Shown one piece after another: positions 50,197 through 60,400 of a DNA stretch of 64,000 bases; positions within the stretch are counted from its first letter, which is position 1; the number at the start of each line of letters is the position of its first letter. The DNA lies in NCBI GenBank assembly GCA_020536535.1, contig JAHLWZ010000004.1, positions 329,673 to 393,672 of the forward strand. Reading direction: 5' to 3'. The notes under the pieces were generated by a model. It ran no database searches. It was not told the DNA's origin and worked only from the letters and a program-made list of their open reading frames with translations. Source of the DNA: Pelomyxa schiedti (taxonomy: Eukaryota; Protista; Evosea). The translations under genes and the position numbers were made by a program.

Positions 50197-50968
50197 ATGG
50201 GTACCGTTTCTTTCAACAATGTAAGGAATAGGAACAAGAAAGCAATTTTGGTTGCAGATGAAGAGTTTCAACTACGAATATATTCGAAGCTATCCCAACA
50301 GTAAGATAAAGGATCAGCCCACTTGGTCGTGGGCCAGTGCTCCCTCGGTTAACCGTACCAAGTTAAAACCCAGTTAACAGTTAACCAGGAACCCAGTTAA
50401 GCAAACCCTTAACAAAAATTTTCTGAGAAATATCAATCACTTCGGTGTTTGTGTTAGTAGTACTGGTAGCATGTCAAAACGAGGACCTGCTGCAACGTCT
50501 CAAGTCAAGCAATAAAAATAGTTACCACTTGGAAAGAGCACATAAATTTGTCAAAAAGTCCCAACAACCAACACCAACAGCAACCAACACCAACAGCAAC
50601 AAACAATCGACAAGTATGTCCAAGCAGTTCTTGCTGACAGGATACCCGGACTTAGCAAAAATCAACTTGTTTTCCCTTTTCCCACCAACATCCTTATTCA
50701 GCACAGGTAGCTTTAGCATTTGCCATGCCTGGACTTCCCTTTTCCATGCTCTCTTCCCCTTATTTCCGTCGTATCCTGAGCCCTGAGAAGATTTATGGGG
50801 CATCACCTGAAAAGGTTAGTAAATACTAATATCATGTATGGAGGATGTTAAAATCGAAAAGATTCATGCTTGGATTAATCTACTGTATTAATGGCTTCGG
50901 AAAGGCCTCACTGAGTTTGTGGCAGCTCATGAAGCTGTGGATTAGTTGCAGAGAAGTACCCCCAATGG

Positions 50969-51503
50969 ATGAAGCGTGGTCTGCTACCAGTATCTAGCAA
51001 GGTACCTCGTGCTGAACTTACATCTCAGCTATTGGCACAGCTATCCAAACATGTGTCCAAGACTGATCCAATACAACTTGGGTGTGCAAAGACTTGTCTC
51101 ACTTGCTCAAACTACTGGCTGGCATCTTTGGCTATTTCTCCACTTGTTGACAAAGATATCCGCACCCGCTTCAACAGAGACCTCACGGGCGACCTGAGGG
51201 CCCTCGCTTTGCTCCGCAGGGCCTGCGACAAGACCTAAGTCAATGTTGAAGGGTTGTTCGATGGCATCCACAACATCCGCTGTAACTCGCTCAACTTTTG
51301 AAGAGCTCACCAAGGAACTCTTCAGAAGAGCCTTGGAACCAATAGGCAAAGTACTAGAAGACCCCAAGCTGAAGAAGAAGAGAAATGCAAGTGAAGAGCC
51401 TGTGAAAAAACGTACAAGGAAGTCCAGGAAGCAACCCAACCTGGCAGGTGGTCCTCATTGGAGCTCACCAAGGAACTCTTCAGAAGAGCCTTGGAACCAA
51501 TAG
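50969..51503 (+). pseudogene. Hsp70 fragment (nucleotide-binding-domain subdomain IIB/IIA region only), frameshifted and followed by unrelated sequence
   Basis: Frame A gives ..VDKDIRTRFNRDLTGDLRALALLRRACDKT (compare Hsp70 KKDI..NKRALRRLRTACERAKRTL). Frame B gives VNVEGLFDGIHNI (compare IEIDSLFEGIDFY). Frame C gives TRSTFEELTKELFRRALEPIGKVLEDPKL (compare TRARFEELNADLFR..L.PV.K.L.D.KL). The frame shifts by +1 within about 10 nt. There are no upstream or downstream Hsp70 exons. Confidence 0.5.
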
Positions 51504-51561
51504 GCAAAGTACTAGAAGACCCCAAGCTGAAGAAGAAGAGAAATGCAAGTGAAGAGCCTGT
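51305..51561 (+). repeat. 101-bp direct duplication (copies 51305..51405 and 51461..51561, about 55-bp spacer) within the Hsp70 fragment
   Basis: The identical string gagctcaccaaggaactcttcagaagagccttggaaccaataggcaaagtactagaagaccccaagctgaagaagaagagaaatgcaagtgaagagcctgt occurs twice. Confidence 0.85.
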
Positions 51562-51848
51562 ATTGTACCCCTTTATTTTGTTTTTCTTTTGTGGGAATTG
51601 GTGGGTATCGTGAGGGTATGTTGCTTCAATTTCTGTATTGTAGTCTTCTTTTGCGTGCGTACGGAAAAGAGGACAATGAGAGTGGAACAGTTGCGATTTG
51701 ATATCAATTAACTTCTTTATAAATCTTCGGCCGGAAGTTTTGGCAAAACGAAAAAAGTACCGCAAGTACGAAGCCAACAACGATCGGTATAGCAAACCCG
51801 AACCCCCCCTTTTTTCCGTTTCCCGTGCACTGAGCCACTTCACAACAA

Positions 51849-53623
51849 AGATGGATAAGTCACACAAGTCACTTCCACATGATGTGCTCTGGCGCTGCAT
51901 GCTGACTGGAAGGGGTGCTGGGAGAACACACCCGCGTGCCTTTGAGTGCCACTTCCGTGTTGGTCAGCGGGAACCAAGGGGAATTTCTCTCTTCCAGTCG
52001 ATGGCCGAGGACCAGCACGATCCCAAAATGCTCTGGATGCTTGGGGAGTTCTACCTGCGGGGGCAGGGAACAGACCCTGACCCAATCAAGGGCCTGCAGT
52101 ACTTATACAAGGCCGCGGATGCCGGCAGTGTTCCTGCATTATGGGCCATATCCCAGTGCTACTTCACCGGCATGTACGGAATCGAGAAAGATTACGCCAA
52201 ATCTGTTCCTTTTCTCCAGCGCGGAGCTGATGCCGGAGATCCGGATGCGCTGTATATTCTTGGAAACTGCTTCTTGGGCGGAATGGGAGTGGCTGAAGAT
52301 CATAGCAAAGCGGCTGCTTTATTTCAGAAAGCTGCCGATCTTGGACTTCCTGAGGCATGCGTGGATCTTGGAAAACTTTACCTTCAGGGTAAAGGCGTTC
52401 CGGTTGATGAGAGAAAGGCCTTTCCTCTTTTGCAGAGGGTTGTAAATGATCCCAAGGTTGGATGGGAGGCTCAGCTCAATCTCTGTGACTTCTACTTGTA
52501 TGGTATGGAAGGAGTGCAACGGGACGTGCAGAAAGGTCTGTTGTATTTGCAGAAAGCTGTTCAGAAAGGCGATCCAGAAGGTTTATTTCGCCTGGGCCAA
52601 TGTTACAACGTTGGAGTTGGAGTCGAGAGAGATATCAAAAAGGCAGTAGAGCTTTTTCAGCGGTCTGTGGAAGGTGGTTGTGCTACCGCAATGTACAGCC
52701 TCAGCGAGCACTACCTGAAGGGTGATTGCGTTCCACGTGACCCAGTAAAAGCTATTTCACTTCTGCAGAATTCTGTTGAGATGAACGATCGACAAGGATT
52801 ATGGCGCCTCGGCAGATGTTATGACACTGGAGAAGGAGTCACGAAAGATGTAAGAAAGGCAGTTGAACTTTACCAGAGGTCTGTGGGACGTGGTTGCGTA
52901 TTAGCAATGTACAACCTCAGCAAGCACTACATGAGCGGCGAAGGCGTTACATTTGACCCTGAACAAGCAGTCTCGCTTCTAGAGAGAGCTTCAGAACATG
53001 GATACACTCCGGCAATGTGTAAACTTGCTCACTATTACAAGGAGGGAAAGGGAGTTGATGTGGATATTGGGAGGGCAATTTCGCTCTTGAATAAGGCCGC
53101 TGACGCCGGATATATTAAAGCAATGAACGAACTCAGTGTCAATTACAGCTTGGGACAAGGTATTCCCATTGACATGAATCGCGCCGCTTCGCTGATTCAA
53201 AGAGCATACGATATGGGGAGCAATGAGGCCGCAATCGCACTTGGATGGGGTCTGTTGATGGGTGCTTACGACATGACACGCAACGTCCAAAGAGCCATTC
53301 CAATCCTGAAGAAAGCATCTGAAGAGTCATCTGATGCCAAAACCATGTTGGCAATGTGCTATGAATGTGGCGTGGGCGTGGCCAAAGACATGAACATGGC
53401 CAACTCCCTCTTCCAACAAGTCATTGACAAGGGCTACACAGAGGCTATCTTCAAGGTTGGTGCATACTTAGAATCCGGTGCCTTGCATGGGCCAAAAGAC
53501 ATCGCCAGAGCGTTTCAACTTTACAGAAGGGCTGCTTGTGCTGGAGACCAAAGGGCACAGGCCAGGTTTTCTTCACTCTTGAGCTTGTGCTTGAACGTGT
53601 TTGAGGAGCTTTCGAGTACGTAG
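51849..53623 (+). CDS. Intronless Sel1-like repeat (SLR/TPR-like) protein with about 15 repeats
   Basis: An uninterrupted ORF runs from MDKSHKSLPHDVLW.. to a stop at 53623. Repeated ~36-aa units have the Sel1 signature, for example LGEFYLRGQGTDPDPIKGLQYLYKAADAG, LGNCFLGGMGVAEDHSKAAALFQKAADLG, LGKLYLQGKGVPVDERKAFPLLQRV, LGQCYNVGVGVERDIKKAVELFQRSVEGG and LGRCYDTGEGVTKDVRKAVELYQRS. No signal peptide or TM segment is present. Confidence 0.7.
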
Positions 53624-54084
53624 AAACACAAAACGTCACTTAGTGACGCTGTGCACAAGAAAAATTTGGTGATGATTTATAGGAAGAGCCCTCTTTTTTT
53701 GGTCCGGGCCGTCTCCCAGAGGGAGTGGCAGATGTGTTTGTACTGAAGATTGGGACCAACGCTTTTAAGAGTCTCTTCGAGAGACATGAATACAAAGTTT
53801 TTCGTTTCTCAAACAAAAGGAGATTACACTGGCAGGTTGTTTCTGCGTGATGGCAAGACATCTGGTGGTGCCTCTGACGTCTGCTGATGATGATGGTTGG
53901 GACGACCAGAAGACACCTGCTCGGAATCATGGCCAATAGCATGGCAGTCATAGTAATACCATCTAACGTTCTCACCAGCGGTCAGTGCAAATGTGTAGCA
54001 CGCGGACGCCCTCTGGCGACCACTCAGTGTATCTCCACAGGTTGTTGTCGATGAGTATGCAATCAGAGTTGGTCCAATAGTATA

Positions 54085-55532
54085 TCATTGACGGTCTGCC
54101 ATGACAATCTGTGTTGGCAAACGTAGCATCCCACGCCGGCCTGGGCATGTGATTAAAATAAATGAATAAATTAATCCTAACAACACCCAAATGACGAGAG
54201 ATATACACATAGAGAAACAAACATACTCTTCCTTGAACCAGTCATTTATGAGGGCATCAAATTCGTCCACAGTGGCACAACCTTCGAGGAGGTTCCCAGA
54301 TTCAGGGTAGCATACCGGTTCCGAAGGGCAGTCACAGACCCAATCGTTCTGATTTGTGCAGTACTTGGCTAATACCTCGAGGGCATCCCCAGTGCATGTG
54401 TTGTCAACAAACTCCGCGGTGTAGTACACGAGGGTAAAGTCGCAGTCGCCGCCATCATATCCACAATCCTCATTGTTGCACCGATCGTCGCAGTGATTAT
54501 TACCAATCATATCCTCGTTACACCACCAAATATCGCGATCAGTGTAACCATCCATCTGGCCGCAATAGCCATCTAAGTTGTGTGTTAGGCTCGTAAACTT
54601 GATTACGACACAGTTACAACACAGGTAACACAGAACCAGAATCACACACAGTCAAGAGGGGGAGAGAGATATTTTCTCAATCTATAAGGGACAAACAAGC
54701 GTCGCAGTCGCCGCCGTCCCGATCGCAGTAATCGTTGTAGCACTCTCTGTCACAATTCCCGTCACCAACCTGGCTCCTTAGGCAATAGGGGTAATCGCAG
54801 TAGTCCCCGATGACGTTGTCACACTCATCGCCGTCCCAGTTGCAGTCCTCCGTGTAGCAATCCATGTCCCCTCGTCGTTCGGAATGTAGCACGAGGGAGA
54901 GCACAAGCCCTCACAGTCAGTGAATCCGTCGCAGAAGCATTCCTCGGTCCAGCAATCTATGTCGCATTGTTCGTTGCCAATCAGCCAGGGATAGCAGTTA
55001 GGAGCACAACTGATGAGCACTGGGACATAGGAAGTGAGGGAGTTAGAGAAACAGCAAAACCAAAGGTTGTAAAAACAAAAAAAGAAGCTGCTACTACTAC
55101 AACTACACACTGCAGTCTCCGCCGTCCCACGCACAGTCGACGTTGGCACACTCCCAATTACACACGCCATCTCCCCAGTCCTCAGCCGCGCAGTTCCAGT
55201 CGCCGCACGACTCCTCCGTCACAGCAGTCTCCGCCGTCGCAGTTGCATTCCTCTGTCATGCATCGCGGGTCACATCCGCAGTCACCGATTGGATTCTGGA
55301 AGATCCGGGGTTGCAGATGTCTGTTTGTTATTGTAAATGAGGCAATAAAGCAGCTTTAGGCGAAAAGGAGCGGGAGGGCACCTCTGCAGTGGCCCTTGTC
55401 GGAGGAGTTTTCTGTGCTGAAGCACTCTATGTCGCATTTGCCATCACCGATTCGACCATGACAACTGTCTCCCCATCCTTTGGAAGCAAAGGCGACTGCG
55501 GACAGGGCAAACAAAGCAAGGATGCACCTCAT
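54085..55532 (-). CDS. Secreted cysteine-rich protein composed of multiple Lin-12/Notch (LNR) repeats, multi-exon
   Basis: An N-terminal signal peptide MRCILALFALSAVAFA is followed by at least five LNR-type modules: GDGKCDIECFSTENSSDKGHC, QCDIDCWTEECFCDGFTDCEG, GDGNCDRECYNDYCDRDGGDCDAC, NNHCDDRCNNEDCGYDGGDCDF and one more at about 55100-55260. They fit the consensus C...C.....G.C...C....C..DGGDC. The C-terminal Cys-rich region (..CTGDALEVLAKYCTNQNDWVCDCPSEPVCYPESG..) has unknown affiliation. Confidence 0.6.
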
Positions 55533-55643
55533 GTTGTTTGGGTGCGTGTCTTTTCGGTGTTTGTTCTCTGAGACGAGAGCCTTGGTTTCTTTGTTTTTCT
55601 TCACTGTTTTAGCAATGACGTAAAATGAAACTGTTGGCGGTGT

Positions 55644-57459
55644 TCACAGAACCGAGTCGTTGTCCTGAGCAGAGGAAAGCATCAAATTTGATTTCCATGA
55701 CGGCCTCTGTTGTTGGTCTTGCTGTGCTGTTTTTGTTGAACTTGTGGTCTGAGTGGTGGTATCTGGTGGTTCTTGTGGTGTGAATGATGATGGAGCTGGT
55801 GCAAATGGTGTGAATGTGGGTGCAGAGTCCTCAGGGTTATCTAGCCCGCTGCTGTTTGGTTTTTCTTCTGCTGTGGATGCGGATGTTGCTTTTGTGTTGA
55901 CTACCATCTTTGGTATGAGCATTGACTTGAATGTAGGAAGTGAGGGAGTGGATGCTGACAGGAGTGATGGTGCGGATGATGGAGCAGCGGCTCCAAGGGG
56001 TTTGACTTGGACAACCTTTTGTGTCAAGGGGTCAAGGTATCGGGAGCCCCTTTTTCTTGCCGGCTGTATTTGGGTGAATTAATTAGGCTGGTGGATAAGT
56101 GGAATACTGGGAGTATTTTACAAACCGGTAGGGAGGAGTTCTGCTGCGGCATGGAAGTGATAAGGAATTTCGATTTTAGTAGAACGGATGCCGCTCCTGT
56201 TGCCTTTGACTGCTCCGGAAGCGGTGGTGACAGTGATGACAATAGTACATTTGTTGGTAAAGGGTTTGTGGGTAATGGTGATGAGAGACACCTTGGAGGT
56301 TGCGTTTTGAGAGGTGTGAGGAGTGAAGGTGCGGGTGTCTCTGACTGGAATGTTGGTGTAGTTTGTGTGGTGGTGTCTGGCTCAGTGAGTGGTTCAGCCC
56401 GTTTCTTCGGCACCTCTTGTGATTCCATGAGCTGTTGACCTTCGACGGGCTTATTTTCTGTTGTTGCATTTGGTGCAAATTTCGCAGACTCCGTTTGATG
56501 ACCTTCCAACAATGAACCTGTGAAACTTGGTGTTTGCACTTCTTCAGATGGCTCTTGCTTGGTTGTGTCAACTTTCCCTTCCGCCGCTTTAGCAGTAGCA
56601 AGTAATTGCTCCATAAGTAGTGACGGCTCTGTGTCTTCCTTTTTCCCACTCTAAAAACCGTTAACGAGGATAATGGCTTGAGGTGTTGAAGCATTGCACC
56701 TTGGATACCCAGCGATGTGACTGTTCATCCCAGACCAGATCCTCAGATTCATGGGTGTCCTCAGGAAGTAACATCTTTGGAGGACTTTTGAACAAACCAA
56801 ACGACGGGATCGACATCCAACCCTTTTTCTTTTGTTAGGACCCTTTTAGGAAATGGAACTTGTACCTTTTTAGATGAGGACCCTGATGAAGATTGCGATT
56901 TTCTTTTGGAGGTCTCGGCGTCTTTTGATGGGGGACGAGAATGAAGCGGTGTCCCTGGTTGAGAGGTTGTCGGAACTTTGGTGGGTTCTCTTTGTTCTGC
57001 GTTCTGTGACTGATTTCGCTCAGTTGCAAAACGTGTAGATTGGTTTTCATTCGTTTCGCCTACTTTCTCTTCCCAATCATTTTGCTTTTTTTGGGTGAAG
57101 ATACTCGTAGGGGAAATAGTACTTTCTTCAACAGAGGGTGTTGGGCCACCGAATGAAGAAGGTTTTGGTGTTTCAGGCTCTTGTGGTGTAGTTTCTGTTT
57201 GAACAGAAGTATCTTCTTCTCCGGTACTGTTTTCCTCAGAGGTTTCATTTTCCGCGTTTGGCTCATCAGTGTATTGGTGGGCGACTGTCTCTGAAGTTAA
57301 TTCAGGCCCTTTATCGAATTTTACACTTGTTGCAGGTGGTATTTGAGAGTCGGCGTTGCTGAAATACCCCAGACCAGGGATGTATTTGATAAATGAAAAC
57401 ACCTTCTTCCAGGCACTGCTATTGCTAGTGATTGTAACTATGATGAAGACTAATTTCAA
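55644..57459 (-). CDS. Secreted Ser/Thr/Pro/Glu-rich mucin-like protein (several overlapping frames; exon structure unresolved)
   Basis: The N-terminus MKLVFIIVTITSNSSAWKK.. is hydrophobic. Long T/S/P/E-rich low-complexity segments follow across 55644..57459 in several M-initiated frames, consistent with short introns or frame changes. Confidence 0.35.
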
Positions 57460-57479
57460 AAAATTGCCTGTCTGAAGTT

Positions 57480-60400
57480 GTGTGAGCTTTCAGACGTTCA
57501 GAGAAAACACCAAGATAGTGGGAAAATATTGAATTTGGCCGGTTATGTGGCATCTGTGATAGTTTCACAGATGTTACAGTGCGCACATACCTAGTGGATG
57601 TAAGGTTAATTTATTTGGCACACCTAAGGAACTTGGTAGCAAGATCAACCAAGCCCAAATCCGCGAGCCATTGCGCATATATAAATTTAAATACCTTTCA
57701 CATTTTTAAAAAATCAATTAAGTCTTTGTGAGGCACACATGTAAAGAGGGAAGATTGAACTGGGGATTGCCTAGCAGCTTGGAGTACTCATAAACCTCTG
57801 TAGCTTGAATAGCTTGAGGAGTAATCCACTGAGATTTGCGCTTGTGATCGGCACCTTCGAGGAGGTAAGTAAGAAAAGTGGTGTGTTATGTACCAAGAAG
57901 CACAAGGCGGGTATTGGGATTGTCACAAAAACCGAAAGCATAATCTGCAATACAGTAGCTAATTTATTTAAATTTAGGTGACACACTATGCAATAAAGAT
58001 ACCAAAAGTGTGCAGACACCACATTGCCTCGTACAGTCCACAACCGGTCTCCCAGTTCTCCAATCACTCCCCTGTCTGTGTTCATCTTATTGTTTGCTAA
58101 AACAACCGCTAAGTTTTCTCGCCAGCGGTCCAACAGGGGGATAGGGGATGTGTCATAACCGTTTGGAACAGCACTGAAGATCTCTGGGACAAATGCTGAG
58201 GGAAAAAAATCCAGAAAAAATAGAAAATATACCAGTAGGTAGAGCAGCTAATAATAAATAGAGGGTGCGTATGGGATCACCAGGGGGAAGAGCTCTCTGG
58301 GCATACTGCTTTATGGCTTCCATCTGCATATTTGCTGGAAATTGATGACTTAATATAAGTGCATGTTCCCAGAGTTGCTCATTGATGGCATATTTGTAGG
58401 CCTACTCTGTATTAGCATTTACTTGGCGGAAAAAAGGGGGTGAAAAAAAATTTGTAGCACACCTCTGTTTTTTTGCCTTCAAGCAGTAGACTTTGGAAAT
58501 GGGCAAATGCAGAAGGATCTATATTAGGCCGAACAGAAACGGGTTTCTACAGATAGTCAACAAAAAACTTCATTAAGTTTTCCGCACGGGTGTTGTTATA
58601 TGCTTGGACAACGAGGATAAAAGAAGTTGTTGTATTTCTTGTGTGCAAGTTGGTCCTTTATTGTTTGTCTCATAAGCAATATTCCCTACAGAGAGTTATC
58701 GATTTCTCGCGCTATCAACAAGAAACCGTAGTGGCGAATGAGTATCTGCAGCAAACTCCAGAGAATGTCAACTCTATCTTGGGGTTGTGTCTCAAATTCG
58801 CATATTGGTGTTGCTTCTTGATGCTTCAAGGCTAAGAATTTTAATACAACGTCCTATGCTGCAGTTAAACTAAACTTGAGGAGAAATTAGCTAAAACCTG
58901 AGATATACTGCGATTCAGAGGACCAGGGAAGTCAGTGAATTCTCTCGTCTCTGAGGTGAGAGCTGTTTTCAAATTTACAACATGAACAGAATATGGAGGC
59001 TCCTAGAGAAGAAATCAGTTGTAACTTAACTTTCACACTACATTTTGTGGATGGGAGTAAGCTGTTGCAAGAAGGCCACCAAATCCGAATCGTGCTACAC
59101 ACTTTCGGGAATGCATGTACTGAATTGGGTCAAAGGTTTTCCTTTTTTTCGTTACCCCAGGCTGCACACCAGTCTCTGCAATGAGATTACTTGTTCCTGG
59201 GATCGGTAATGGATTAGGCAGTTGATTTATTTGGGGTGGGTTGACAGGGACTGATGTGACAGGACAGAGTTTGAGTGGTGCACTTGTCACAGAGATTCCA
59301 GGAAGGGCAACAGGCGGCATTGGAATTGCTTGTATCTCGGTATCAGGTTTAGAAACTTGGTGAACTTCCAAGTTTCTTGTTTCTGAAGATGTCTCGTGGG
59401 AACGGGTATTTGGCTTGAGAGTGGTAATAGGTGATAAAACTAGTACATCAGACGCGGGTGTAGGCTTGCTGTTAGATAGTACACATTGGTCAGTGGTGGA
59501 TGGGACAGGAATAAATGTGGGTGCTACGGGTACGACATCTGCCTGTGTGTTATCGTTGGTGGAGATCTCAGGATTATTGGTATTGATAGGGAGAATATTA
59601 TGCAATGAGGCAGGGTCTGCACTATAGGTAAATGAGGGAGTTAGATTCGTAGGATTGGTTAAGGGGTGTGGAAGAAGGGATGCTTTGGGAAGTGGCACTA
59701 TGTTTCCTTTTGGAAGTGGGACTGGTGTTGTGGTTGGCAATTGCACCCTTGTAGGTTGCAGACTAAGTACTTTTGCAGCTGGAATTACTGTGGGTAATGG
59801 GAGAGTAGGAAGTGGGGTAGTGGTAGTGGGAAGAGGGACGACTGGAAGTTGGACAGCGGGAAGTGTAGCACCGGGTGAAACTAATGTGGGCAAAGAGGTA
59901 GACGGAAGGGGTACCGTTGGAAGAGGGGCAGTGGGAAGAGGCGTGGCGGGAAGGACTGCTGATGTCTGTGATGCAGCCGAAACCTGCAGGATAGGCACTG
60001 GGGAAGATTTTACCAGAAAGGTTGACTTTGGTGTTGAAACTGTTGGTAGAACAGCGGGAAGTATAGGAATGTTAATTGGACGGGGTCTTGGGGCAATTTC
60101 AGAAGTTGTATTTTGGTTGATGGGTGATAGTGTCGTTGGCAGAACAGGTAAGCCTGTTGGAGTTGAACTTGGTATTGGTAAAGTACTGACTACCACAGAT
60201 TGTGAAGCAGGGAGTAGACTTGGTTGCTGTGCGGTAGAAGGAGTAGGAGATGGAACAAGTACCTTCATTGTTTGTGTGGAATTTGGTTTTGGTTGCACTA
60301 TACTCTGGTTACTGTTATCCCCCAGATTTTTAAGTGGGGGGGATGGAATTAATGTCGCTACTCGGTTGGCAGAAGTAGGTGGTGGGACCAGCACTTTTGG

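Noticed and set aside
50320-50410. Cluster of GTTAAC-containing short repeats (..cggttaaccgtaccaagttaaaacccagttaacagttaaccaggaacccagttaagcaaacccttaac..)
   Set aside because: It could be a transposon terminus or a microsatellite-like spacer, but no terminal inverted repeats, target-site duplication or transposase ORF were found. It is only noted as context for the Hsp70/Sel1 interval.
51322-51900. 192-aa minus-strand ORF
   Set aside because: It runs antisense through the Hsp70 remnant, the 101-bp duplication and the Sel1 gene's 5' region. Its translation is low-complexity with no recognisable motif, so it is likely spurious.
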